A stretch of 64,000 bases of DNA from Raja brachyura (lineage: Eukaryota), in contig OY740785.1 of assembly GCA_963514005.1 (NCBI GenBank), positions 21,080,001 through 21,144,000 of the forward strand, read 5' to 3'. Shown here piece by piece: positions 23,371 to 36,011 of this stretch. Position 1 is the stretch's first letter, and every line of letters begins with the position of its first letter. Under the pieces are notes generated by a model. That model saw only the letters and a program-made list of their open reading frames with translations. It was not told where the DNA came from and searched no databases. The position numbers and the translations under genes were made by a program.

Positions 23371-25807
23371 TCTATATTACTAAAAGTCTGATCTTGACCA
23401 CTTCCTGTTGTTCTGTATATTGATTTTAGAAAAAACGCTGCCATTTCCGGCTGTGATTTTTGGCCATTTACTCAGAGTCCCCCTCTGCTGCGCAGGACAA
23501 GAGGATTTTTCCCATCGATGCAAAATAAAAGAGTTATTAGTGTTTAAAAAATGTTGAGAATCTCTTTCCTGAAGGCCATGCCCCTTCTGGAGGGACTATA
23601 AAACCCGGAAGTGTTGAGTGCCTCAATTAGTCTCTGCAAGATGGGGGAGCGAGAGGGTCACGTCTCTCAGTCTGCCCACTATATAATTAAAAGTCTAATC
23701 TTGACTACTTCCTGTTTGCACCTTATATTGATTTAAGGCTACCACGTACGGCTGTGATTTTTGGCCATCTTACTCAAAGTCCCCCTCCGCTCATCAGTTG
23801 CCGAAGATTTTTCCCATCAATGAAAAATAAAAGAGTTATTAGTGTTTAAAAAAATGTTGAGATTCTCTCACCTGTCAATCACACCATGAAGGCCATGCCC
23901 CTTCTGGTGGGAGGGGGGAGGAACTATAAAACACAGAAGTGTGGGCGTGGCTCAGACTCTGCAAGATGGAGGAGGGAGTGGTCACGACTCGCTGTCTTTA
24001 GTGGCCTTGCACCCTGCTTGAAGTGGTAAGAAACTGCACTTGAATTTGGTGGCCTTGCACCCTGCTTGAAATGGAATTTCAAATAATAGCCCTGAGTGAG
24101 CTGCCAGCACAACAGGCTTGAATGCCCAAGAATCCATTCGGCCCACAATGTCCATACTAGCCCTCTGGAAACCAGTCCCTTCAGCCCACAACACCCATAA
24201 TAGCACTCCAGAAAGCCCCCCCACCCCCCCCCCCCCCCCAGCCACCAATATTGAAATTAGTGGGGAGGTGGTATATTGTGTTGGGGGACCAGCCCTCCCG
24301 TGTGATACTGGGACCCAACCAATCCCACTTAGTCTAGTAACTTATAAAACTCTGATCTTGGGGAGGGGGGGGGGTGTGGGGGGTGTGTGTGTGTGTCTTT
24401 TCATATGTGATTCACATCTCCTCGAAAACCCGAGGTGGTAACAGTGAAATTGTTACATATTCCGGTAGAGATTTACCTCATGATTTCAAAAGTCCCCTCA
24501 TCTGAAAATTTGAATCATTATTTCCCACGTTATTTACTAAAATTGTTCACCAATCTGACATTTTTAAAATCTAACTGCTGAAGCGAGCTGATGACGTCAC
24601 AATGCCTTTGCTCCGCACGGCCAGCTGTGCAGAGTTTTCAACGCGCAGCCATGAGCTGCGAGTTACGTGGCCTAGCCGCCCTCCCCCCCCCCCCCGGCTC
24701 TGGATTGAAGCCGTTGAACACATGATCAAGTCATGCTGCTCGCTCCGCTGGACTCCTTGAAGTTCTACAACATGGCAGCGGCGGTCGTTATCGCAGCGCG
24801 GACGCAGACAAGCGCAGTGGAAAAGTGGCCATGACGGCCATCACAGGGGACGACCTCCTCTCCCCCGCCCGAATGTTTGTCACACTGGTGGGTACGCTTG
24901 CCCTCGCGGAAACCACGATCGGTCAGCCCTCCGCTGCTTTTCAACGTTCTCAGATCGCTCTGGGCCTGGCTCTGGTCTACGCCTGCCGCAGCCTAGTCCG
25001 GGCCTAGCGCCTGATGGGGAGGCCTGCTCTACGACCTGGGTAGGTGATGCCTCTACCCCCCCCCCCCGGGGCAGAGAAAGAGAGAAAGAGGGTGGGGGGG
25101 AGAGGGGGTGGGAGATAGGGGGGTGGGGAAAGAGGGGGGTTGGAGGGAGGAAGGGAGTGGAGAGGGGGGGAGGAGAGGGGGGGAGGAGAGGGGGAGAGGA
25201 GAGGGGGGAGAGGTGGGAGGGGGGTGCAGAGGGGGGAGGAGAGGGGGCCCTCCCTCTCTGCCCCCTCTCCCTATCTGCTCCCCCCTCTCTGCTCCCCACC
25301 CTCTCTGCTCCCCTTGCCTCTCTGCCCCCCCTTCCTCTGCTCTCCTTCCTCTCTGCTCCCCTCCCTCTCTGCCCCCCCCTTTCTCTCTGCCCCCCCCCCC
25401 TCCCTCTCTGCCCCCCCTCCCTCCCTCTTTGCCCCTCCCTCCCTCTCAAGGGAGTAGTGAATATTCGGACGTATGGGTGAGTGGTGGAGTCCCCTGTGCC
25501 CTCTCCTGTGATGCCACAGCCCCCCACCCCTCAATCTCTACCCCCCTCAATCTCTAGACCCCTCCTTCTCCATCTCTACCCCTTCCCCCCCCCTCTCTAG
25601 CTGCGCCTGCACAGTTGGGGGTTTTGCGTGAGTGGATAGGGTGGTGGGTAGGGTAAAAGGAGTGAATGAATAATATTAATATAATATCAGGGGGGGGGGC
25701 TAGTGTGTGTGGGGGGTGGTTAGTGTGTGTTACACCGAAGGTCGCCCACCACCCCCCCGCAACCGCATGTTGAGGGGACGGGACCCAACGGGTCCCACTT
25801 GGTCTAG
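23371..25807 (+). mobile_element. Head-to-tail non-autonomous Helitron cluster inserted in a CR1 LINE
   Basis: A|TCTATATTACTAAAA 5' end; further 5' modules at ~23678 and ~24340; 3' hairpins before CTAG|T at 24334-24337 and 25804-25807 (GGGACCC-AAC-GGGTCCC); no TSD; CR1 on both sides. Confidence 0.8.
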
Positions 25808-26109
25808 TATTTAATAAGAATCTGAGTGATATCTTTCTCACACAAAGGACGGTCGATATATGGAACGAGTTGCCAGTGGACATTGTTGAGGCAGGTATAA
25901 ACACTACATTTAAAAGATATTTGGACAGGTACGTGGTTAGCAAAGGTTTAGAAAGATATGGGCCAAATGCAGGCGGGTGGGACTTGGTTGGTGTGAGCAA
26001 GTTGGGCCGAAGGCCTGTTCCCCTGCTCTCTGACTCTGATTCTATATCTGTTAAGATAGTGAATGACTGGGATTGGAGTCCTGAGGTGGTACTATTCCCA
26101 TGGGTCTAC

Positions 26110-28225
26110 TGAGTCATATTCATAAAGCACGGAAACAAGCCCTTCGATCTAACTCATCCATGCCGACCAAATTGCCTCATCTAAGCTAGACCCATTTGTC
26201 TGCTTTTGGCACATATTCCTCTAAACCTTTTGTATCCATGTACCTGCCCAATTGTCTTTTAAATGATGTTATAATACGTGCCTCAACTAACTCCTTTGGC
26301 ATCTCATTCCATACACTCACAACCCTCTGAGTGAAAAAGTTATCCCTCAGGTTCGTATTAAATCTTGTCTCTCATACCTTAAACCTGTCCTCAGGTATTT
26401 GATTCCTCTACTACGGGTAAAAGACTGTGCATTCAACCTATCTATTCCCCTTATGGCTTTATACACCTAAATGAGACTGACCCTCACCTCCTGCGCTCCA
26501 AGGAATAAAGTCCAAGCCTGCCCCACCTCCCTCTGTAGCTCATCCACTCAAGTCCTGGCAACATCCTCACAAATCTTCACTGCATAGTTTAATGATGTAC
26601 TTCCTGTAGCAGAGTGACCAAAACAGTTGTTTGCAAATTACACTTAAGTGGGTGGATGGAAGAAGGTATTTAGAGGGAAGACGCCCCATCTACACGAATC
26701 CCATCTATAGCTCAAGCTCTCATCCTGCCAAAATAATTGCAATTCTTCTCTGCACTCTTTCCAGCTTAACAACATTCTTCCTATAGCAGGGTGAGCAAAA
26801 CTGAACACAATACTCCAAATATGGCCTCACCAACATCTTGTACTACTGCAATAGAGCATCCCAACCTTTATACTCAAGAACCTGACTGGCGAAGGCCAAT
26901 GTACTAAATGCCTTCTTGACCACGCTATCTATACTATTACATAGAAAAATAGGTGCAGGAGTAGGCCATTCGGCCTTTCGAGCCTGCACCGCCATTCAAT
27001 ATGATCATGGCTGATCATCCAACTCAGTATCCCGTACCTGCCTTCTCTCCATACCCCCTGATCCCTTTAGCCACAAGAGCCACATCCAACTCCCTCTTAA
27101 ATATAGCCAATGAACTGGCCTCAACGACCTTCTGTGGCAGAGAATTCCAGAGACTCACCATTCTCTGTGTAAAGAATGTTTTACTCATCTCGGTCCTAAA
27201 GGAATTCCCCCTTATCCTTAGACTGTGACCCTTTGTCCCCCAACATCGGGAACAATCTTCCTGCATCTAGCTTGTCCAACCCCTTAAGAATTTTGTAAGT
27301 TTCTATAAGATCCCCGTTCAATCTTCTAAATTCCAGTGAGTACAAGCCAAGTCTATCCAGTCTTTCTTCATATGAAAGTCCCGACATCCCAGGAATCAGT
27401 CTGGTTACGAAAAGTCCAATCTTGACCACATCCGGTGTACGTTGATTTTAAATTTGTGCAAATCCTACATCGCTAGGATTTTCCCGCCACCTTACTCACA
27501 TTCTTCTCTGCTCCAAGCGCACCAAGTTTTATTCCGCTCGGTCGAAGATTACAAAAGTTATGAAGGTTGAAAAAATTGTGAGATTAGGAGATTGGTCTTC
27601 TTGCCTGTCAGTCACCATAAAGGTAACGCCCCTTCCAGCACCTGCTGGAGAATAAAACTCCGCAGGCAGGGCTGAGTCCGTGAGCATGTCCAGAAGCACG
27701 TCACCTAACCTTTCCAGCATACCTGCATATTGAAATCCCCCAAGAGCACTGTAACATTGCCTTTCCTGCTGTAATTTGTACGCTACATCCTGGCTGCTAT
27801 TCAGAAGCCTGCATATAAATCCAATCAGGGTCTTTTTACCCTTGCAGTTTATTCATAGAAACATAGAAAATAGATGCAGGAGTAGGCCATTCGGCCCTTC
27901 AAGCCAGTACCGTTATTCAATATGATCATGGCTGATCATCCAAAATCAGTACCCCTTTCCTGCTTTTTCCCCATTTCCCTTGATTATGACTGTTTGGCAA
28001 ATCAAATTCTTTGTATTATTTACATACTTGTTTGTTTACATACTTGGCTAATAAATTCAATTACAATTACAATTCCTATATCCCTAAGAGCTAAATCTAA
28101 CTCTTGAAAACATTCAGTCAATTGGCCTCCACTGCCTTCTGTGGCAGAGAATTCCACAGATCACAACTCTCTGGGTGAAAAACCATTTTCCTCATCTCGG
28201 TCCCAAATGGCCTACCCATTATTCC
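26110..28225 (-). mobile_element. Stack of CR1 LINE 3' fragments with a Helitron fragment at ~27405-27720
   Basis: GLSYEERLDRLGLYSLEFRRL and FFTQRMVSLWNSLPQ motifs; TTTCTATG-type tails. Confidence 0.8.
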
Positions 28226-28234
28226 ATAGCAAGG

Positions 28235-28805
28235 GCTAACTGAAGTTAGAGAAGCCAATGTTCATACCGCTGGGGTGCAAATTACCCAAACGAAATATGG
28301 GGTGCTGTTCTTCCAATTTGACTGGGCCTCACTCTGACGATGGGGGAGGCCCAGGACAGAAAGGTCAGATTAGGAATGGGAGGGTGAGTTGACATGCTGA
28401 GCCACCGGGATATCAGGTAGGTTAAGGAGGACTGAGCGGTGTTCAGTGAAACGATCGCCGAGCCTGCGATGTAGAGAAGTTGACATCTGGAACAGCGGAT
28501 ACAGTAGATGCGTTTGGAGGCGGTGAAAGTGAACCTCTGCCTCACCTGGAAAGACTGTATGGGTCCTTGGATGGAGTCGAGGGGGGAGGTAAAGGGAGAG
28601 TGTTGCATCTCCTGCGGTTGCAGGGGGAAGTACCTGGGGAAGAGGTGGTTTGGGTGGGAAGGGACGAGTTGACCAGGGAGTTTCAGAGGAAATGGTCTCT
28701 GTGGACAGCAGAAAGGGGTGGAGATGGGAAGATGTGGCCAGTACTGGGATCCCGTTGGAGTTGGCGAAAATGTTGGAGGATTACATGCTGTATGCGACGG
28801 CTGGT
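28235..28805 (-). mobile_element. Penelope-like element GIY-YIG endonuclease fragment
   Basis: IQGPIQSFQVRQRFTFTASKRIYCIRCSRCQLLYI. Confidence 0.8.
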
Positions 28806-28998
28806 GGGGGGGGGGGGGGGGGGGGGGGGGGGAGGATAGAGTTGTGCTGTTTTGGCTAGAAGATGAATGGGTGGAGTGGATACCTTGATGTAGGGACTAC
28901 TGGGCGAAATGTGCTACTTGCTTGGAGCGGATGCTGTGCTATGTAAATGTAAACATGAAATGAGGTTCACCTGGTGGGTTTTTGCTCTTCTTCTGCAG

Positions 28999-29026
28999 TA
29001 TGATTGACACGCTGGTCAGCATCTAA
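28999..29026 (+). CDS. cnih3: Cornichon homolog 3, terminal coding exon 6
   Basis: ttcttctgcag|t ATG ATT GAC ACG CTG GTC AGC ATC TAA = (C)MIDTLVSI*. Phase fits exon 5. Exons 2-6 total 402 nt, which with a standard 81-nt exon 1 gives 160 aa. Confidence 0.88.
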
Positions 29027-30541
29027 CCAGGAGGACACAGTGGCAGCGACTGAATCAAACTCAGAAGGAGGCAGAGACAAAAAGACTGGCACATCGCAGA
29101 TACTGCATTTAATCCTTGCCATTTCCACACAAAACCTTGGAGCAACCAGTTTGAATAAGACCTTTGTTTCTGCCTTGTTCACATCAAACCATGGGCAGGG
29201 ATCAGAATCAACCTTTCCCCCCAATCTCTCTTACACCAAACCATGGGGCAGAGACCAGAATCAACCCTTCACCCTCATCTCTTGTTCACCAAGCCATGAA
29301 GCTGTGTCAAAAATGGCCACCTAACCCATACTGTAACACCAAGGTGCTTTCAGCGTATTGTAAAAGCGTTGATTCTTCCATTCATCTATTGATTCACAGA
29401 AGCAGTCTTGCCCATCAGACCCTTTGCTGAAGGAGATATTCACCCTGATCCCTTTTATTTAGTGAGATGTCCACTGAGACCCGTTTCAATGTGGGAATAT
29501 CTCCCTTTCTCAAGAGAGATATCCACTGGGACTCCTTTCACTGAGGGAGATACCTAAAAGGACCTCTTTCACTATGGGAAATATTGATTTAGACCCCTTT
29601 TACTAAGATATCCACTAGGAGTGAAAAACAAACTGCTGGAGTAATTTAATGGGCTAGGCAGCATCTGTGGAGGGAAATGGACAGTTCACATTTTGGGTCA
29701 GAACTGTCCAAGTTCACTGAAAGAGTGGAGAAGTGATAGCTGGTATATATGGATGAAGGGAGTGGAATAAGAGCTGGCAAGCGATAGATGGATCCTGATA
29801 AGGAACAGTGAATTGGTGGATGTAGTCAAGTGAGTAGATAAGTTTGGAGAAAACAACAGAGGCTGGGACATGATTGGTGAAGATAACCATGGGCTGCAGA
29901 TGATGAATCTTGATGGGACCAAATGAGGGAGGTGGAGTGTGGCTAATGTGCAGATGGAGTCGGTGGGGTGTTATTGGGAATGAATATGTATAGGAGGATC
30001 TGGGTAGAGAGGGACTGAGGAGATCAGACTATCTGAAATGAGAGAACTTTATGTTGCTTCCATATCCAGTGGGACCCTTTTCACTGAGGTATATATTCAA
30101 TGGGATCCATTTCAGTGAGGGAGATAATCACCCAAATCTCTTTCAGTGAGGGAAATATCCCTTCAGATTTAATGGGTCTGTTCTTTCCTCAAACTAGTTC
30201 GATTTACAGGAACATTGTTACCATAACAGTACTTTGAAAGCATTCCACACTATACTGAACCTTTCACATTCACATTTAGATCATATTCAATTCTATGGGG
30301 AGCCAAGCATTTTAGTATTGATTTAGAAAGTAGAAGCTCATGCCTGTGAATGAACGTGGGGGTATTCCAAATAATATTTGATGCAATTTGGGTGCATACC
30401 TTTGGGCCCACACCACATCAACATATTTTAAGAGAAAAAATTCACTGTTGATGGTTGTGTCTTAAGGAGCCTACAAGGGTATGATTGAAATAATCATGTC
30501 TTTAATATTTCTTGTACAGGAAACTTGTAATATATTGTGAC

Positions 30542-30547
30542 AATAAA
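30542..30547 (+). terminator. Candidate cnih3 polyadenylation signal
   Basis: AATAAA ~1.5 kb after the stop, with upstream TGTA motifs and downstream GT-rich sequence. Confidence 0.4.
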
Positions 30548-31374
30548 TATTGCATACAGGAGAACTGTTTGGTGACTTAATGTTTTGGTGACCCCCAAAT
30601 TGTGTGTTTATATCGTGATTTAAGTGAAAATATGGATTAGACAAGATTAAACTGACAGTTTGACTTCTACGACACTATCTTCAATGCCGTCAATTGTACT
30701 CCAAACACCTTCAGATTCTGTAATGACCTTCCCTTCGTCAGAAGTTCTGAAGGGGATTGTTTCCTAGTTACAATGTTCATCTCTAAGCCCACATCTTCAG
30801 AAAATCAAGCATGAGGCAGGAACTGGATAACATTCAGACTTGGGTTGATAAGTGTCAAATAACTTTTGCACACCATTAGTGCTAACAAATGTTCATCCCA
30901 AACAAGAAAGAGTCTATCCATCTCCACTTAACAATTATGTCATTACTGTCCCAGGCTGCCACCAACAGCTCCCAGGGGGAGACATCAACCAGACATTCGA
31001 CTGGATCATGTGCAAAAATACTGTTGCTACAAGAACTGATCCTATGATGGGTAATATACAGTGAATGGCTCACCCACTGACTATCAAATAGCATCAGGCA
31101 AAGAAGGCTGGGAAACAAAATGGGGACTGGAACTAGAAATGTCATAGAATCATTTAATGAGAAAATGGATGCAGTGGAAAGTAATTTGGGACATTGTGTG
31201 TGAATTGGTCTAAAAGGAACTACTCAGCCTGTTATCATTTTCCAGCAGTAGATCCACAGTCTTGAAGGTGTCTGCATTTGAACTGCTTGCCCAAGTACAT
31301 AGTAAATGTGATGATATGCTAAATATACACTGGGATTCCCCACGGACAGTAAGATTATTAACTAGGAAAACTCA

Positions 31375-31740
31375 CTGGACAGACAATATTCACTGAAAAT
31401 AATTTTATGTCTCCGAGTATCTACAAAGAATAACCAGTAGTATAGAAATGCCCACTTTGAATATCTGTCGAAGCAAGGATTTAGCTTTGGAAAACAGAAT
31501 ATCTACAATGGCAAGATGTGCATGGGACAACAAAATACTAATGAAATCCATTGGGATATGCAAAATCAAACAGGACAAGGAATTCCCACTGAGAAAACAC
31601 AAAAAATATTTTAATAACTTAGAAAACTTATTAAAAGTACAAAAAATAAACAAAATTATTAGTTATCAACATTTAAAAACAAATAAAAAAACAAATACTC
31701 AGAGACATAAAATTATTTTCAGTGAATATTGTCTGTCCAG
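31375..31740. repeat. 46-bp inverted repeat pair around a 274-bp spacer
   Basis: 31375-31420 versus the reverse complement of 31695-31740: 45/46 identical. Confidence 0.85.
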
Positions 31741-32605
31741 GCTGAGCATTTAAAAACTGCAAATTATCAAATACTTATCTCACAGTTATTCCTCTCCCAT
31801 TACATAAATGGAGTCACAGTTCCCATAGGTCTAAGCCAAATTAAGTTGGTCTCATTGATTCCTCACCAAAGTGCCAGAAAGTCCGATATTTACACATTAT
31901 GTACTAAATACGGTTGGAAAAATTTCACAGCTGCTTTGAAGAAGCCATTTGGTCAATTATGTACACACCAGCTCCTTATAGAGCAATGCAGTCAGTCCCA
32001 CATCTTCCATCTTTCTTCACTGTGTTGATAAATATTTATGACTTTAAATATTTATCTAATGCTCGTTCAAAAGCCACAACTGAATCTGTATAAACTGCAC
32101 GTTCAGTCATTGCATTCAAGTTGTCTCAACTTAATATCTCTAGCAACCCACGTGATCCTTGATGCCTCTGCTAATGGGAACAGTTTCTCTCTATTAGAGC
32201 TAATCGTGTGCATCACTATTAAGTTCACGTTAAGCTTCTTTGCTTCAAGGGGTACACCCCGGGTTCTCCAATTTAATTCTACTGGCTGAACTCCTCATCC
32301 AAAAACGATATATTTTTTCTAGTACCTTCACATCCTTCCAAACTTTATCTAAAAAGTGCCTTGCGAGTGCATTGTGATGTCACTCGGGATTTTTTTCCGA
32401 AATGGGTGAGTTTTTGGGGCTGTTTTTTAAATTTAAAGGATTCACATCGACGGAAATACAGGTGGGAATGCGACGGGAAGATGTTTATTGCCACGACTGG
32501 AAAAATGAGAGTAGGATATGTGAAAATGGGAAGGCTGTGGCCTAACGTTTGGCTGAAGATAGGAAAAGCAGATTGACACATCGTCAGCACAAACACAAAC
32601 AACAA

Positions 32606-33645
32606 TAGCAATGTTACAACATTTTGAGATTTTAAAAATAGTCTGCATTTTATCCCATCAGATAAAGCATAAAAATAAGTTTAATTTGACACCTAATTCA
32701 CTTTCATATTTTAAGTATTAAAAACGTTATGGCCATTTACATACTCAGAAATTAGCATCTTGTTCCCTATTGCTTTTCCATTGACTTAACACAAAAGCTG
32801 TGATCGAGGACAGTCAAAAGCCCATCTTTCTTAAAAATTAAGAGAACTGAATGAAATTTTCAGTTATTATAGATTGAAGCATTCTGAAAGAAATATGAAA
32901 CAATCTTACTTGGATGACCTGAAATTAAAGCATTTAATTAGATAGTTACCTAATTGTAGCCAATTAAAAAATTCAATTACTAGATCTAAACATCCATCCA
33001 TTTCTTAAGAAAAGGTTAACATTTTTAAAAAGCCTAAATGTCCAAATAATATTCACACAAGAATTCACAATAAAACATGATTTTTAAATCTCATTGTCAT
33101 GAATGTATAGGCCAAATTGAAGGAATTTAGTGTTTAATTCCCGTAAATTAATGGCCTTTTAAATCATATTGCGAGTGGGTTTTTGTGGAACGTAATCGCT
33201 TGGAACGTTGCGGTTTGCGGTGAATTTAAACCCCCTATCGGCAGGAAAAATACTGCCAGTTCGTATATTTTCTAAGTCATCTTTTCGCAACATGAAATTT
33301 TGATTAAAGGTATCCTAAGAAGCACGTTTTTATGTGAAAATAAACTGTGCACCTCGTTTTGTCCCCTACGTGAGATCCGTCCCGTTGTCGGCGTTCACGG
33401 CTTCAGAAGATGATTTTTAATTTACTCATGCTAATAAATGATCCAGCGTAGTTTAAAAATAACTCTGTAAAATAAAAGTCGGAGTAATTTCTCTTCAGCA
33501 ACTAAACTCCCTCAGATTAATCAATTTGAATAGTCTGGAGTAAAGAGCATTTTAAACCCGCCCCACTCTCAAAGGCACCAAAGTCGCACACACGGGCAGT
33601 GGCAGAACTGCAGCGCCGCTAAAGGTATGTTTTGTAACATACCTA
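32606..33645 (+). mobile_element. Non-autonomous TIR DNA transposon (TAG..CTA family), copy 1
   Basis: Ends TAGCAATGTTACAA / TTGTAACATACCTA; ACAATAG on both sides (left copy overlaps the terminal TAG); homologous to the 36012 and 57369 copies. Confidence 0.8.
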
Positions 33646-34259
33646 ACAATAGGAAGAGTTTTAGTATTATAGAGATTATCTCTTCTTATTCTATCTGATA
33701 AATTATCAGCTCACACGTCTTTGCTGTTGAATTTCATTTGCTTCTTATATACCCATTCTGCCAATTTATCTGCATCTCTCACAATCCTTTTCCTTTAAAG
33801 AAGGGTCTCTCCAGAGATGCTGCCTGTCCCACTGAGTTTTTCCAATATTTCGTGTCTACCCATTTCCCTCTACCCTAACTTAGAGGTATCTGCCGTATGC
33901 AGGAACATTGGCATTGTGTGGATTCCATTAACCTGCCATAAAGAAAGTTTCAAAATGGGATAACACTAACCGTTAGTGAGGTGTGGATTTATGGCATGTG
34001 AGCCGTTCTTATCTTTCTGTCAGTCACTGCCCTCAGTGAGTCAGTCAGGCTAGTCAGAATGAGGCCCAGCGCAAATTGGAGGAACAGCACCTCATATTTC
34101 GCTTGTGCGGTTTATACCTCAGTGGCATGAATATATGAATATTGACCTACAAATTCAAGTAACTCTTGCTTATCCTTTCCTCATCCCTCCCCCTTCCCAG
34201 TTCTTTGACCTGTCTGACTGTCCCCGATTACATTTTATCTCTGTTTGCTTTATTGTTTA

Positions 34260-34690
34260 ACAGAATTGGGCCTCTACTCGCTGGTTGAAGGTTGAGGGGG
34301 AGACCTCATTGAAACTTACAAAATAATGAAATAATAATAGTTTGCGTGGACATGGAAAGGATGTTTCCACTCGTGGGACTGTCCAGGACCAGAGATCATA
34401 GCCTCAGAATTAAAGGGCGCTCTTTTAGAAAGAAGGTGAGGAGGAACTTCTTTAGTCAGAGGGTAGTTAATCTATGGAACTCATTGCCACAGAGAGCTGT
34501 GGAGGCCAAGTCAGTGGGTATTTCTATGGTAGAGATAGACAATTTCTTGATTAGAACCAGGTGTCAAGGGTTATGGGGAGAAGGCAGGAAAAAGGGATTA
34601 GGATGCAGAGGTCAGCCATGATTGAATGGCAGAGTAGACTCGATGGTCCAAATGGCCTAATTCTACTCCTGTAACTTGTGACCGTGAACC
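34260..34690 (+). mobile_element. CR1 LINE 3' end
   Basis: RMFPLVG..RRNFFSQRVVNLWNSLPQRAVEA. Confidence 0.85.
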
Positions 34691-34944
34691 TGTGTGAACT
34701 TGTCACAATTTCTGAGCTAACAATGATCAATTTCTACATTTTCCCTGAGCTTTATCTCGTTTGATGTCTCGTTATCACATCTTTACCCTTCCTTATCTCT
34801 GTGTCTCCCCCTCTCCCCTTGACTCTCAGTCTGAAGAAAGGGAGTCGACCAGAAATGTCGCCCATTACTTCTCTCCAGAGATGCTGCCTGTCCCGCTGAG
34901 TTATGTGTGTGGTGTGCCTTGGGTGTGAACCAGCATCTGCAGTT

Positions 34945-35345
34945 AGTCAGCGTCGGCCACGCGCCCACGCTGCGCTCTGACCGTTGGTGCACGGGCCGCC
35001 GCCGCGTGCCGTCCTCCCGCTCGCCGGGCGCGCGCCCCGTTGCCTGGCGACGACCTGACGCGGGCGCCGAAGGTTTGCGGGCGGCGGGACGGACTCACGC
35101 CGGTTGGTTTGGGTCGGCTGCTTCGGACGGGGGCGAGGGCTCAGGTCGGGGTCCGACTCACCTCGCCCGCAAGCAGTGGCCGCCCAGAATCGGGCGGTGG
35201 CCTCGCCTGTCCTGTGTCCAGGGTGCTAAAGGTGAGAGGGGGCGGTCCGTCCGTCGACCGTCCCGGGAACGGGCGAGGGACTGAAGGAAAATGGCGACTG
35301 GTGTTGAAGGGGGCACGTTCCAACGCTCAGTGATCCCCGGCCTGA
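34945..35345. promoter_or_regulatory. CpG island, probable promoter / first exon
   Basis: Dense CpG in sequence not repeated elsewhere in the window; X-box GTTGCCTGGCGAC 35039-35051; YY1-like AAAATGGCG ~35288; donor AAG|GTGAGA after 35231. Confidence 0.6.
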
Positions 35346-36011
35346 TGGCATCCCTGTAGAGTGAATAGCCACCTGGTCTTTCCATCTTTTCTTTTCTTAA
35401 CTTTTGTACACCATGGCAAGAACTACACTCAAACAAGGCAACCCATCGCAAGGAGGACCTTAGGACGTAGTGAAAGGGATGTGAATAGTAATATGTTAAT
35501 GCACGTGGTTCTCCAATCGGTGATCACTTTTGGTGTGTGCCTCTTTTGCTCAAGGAGTAATAGTATCAGCCCCACCCCCCACCCCAATCCTGCCAAAATC
35601 CTTGTGAATTGTTTCTGCATCTTCTCTAGCTTAATTACATCCTTCTTACAGTATGGAAACCAGAAATGTACAACATACCATTCTAGGTATGGTCTCACCA
35701 ATGTCTTGTATACAGGGCTCAAAATTAGCGGTTGTCGGGGTGCCAATGACCACCCAAAGTGTCTCCTCCTCCTGCACCCCGCCCGGCGGAAGGAGGCCTC
35801 CCTCTCTCTCCCTCCCCCTTCCTCCCTCGGCGTTTGAGAGGGGTTGTTTTGAAAGCGCAGTTGGTGGATTTGCAGCAATAGCTTTTGATTTGCGGGCAGC
35901 GGCCGCAATAGCCCTGATAACAGCCGCTCCCTGCAAACCCGTTAACGGCGCTCTCAATACAACCACCTACCGCCCTCTGAAGCAGCTACACCAAAGATCC
36001 TATAGCTATAG

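Noticed and set aside
24880-25557. Long Gly/Arg/Pro-rich ORFs
   Set aside because: Products of low-complexity G and C tracts inside a Helitron.
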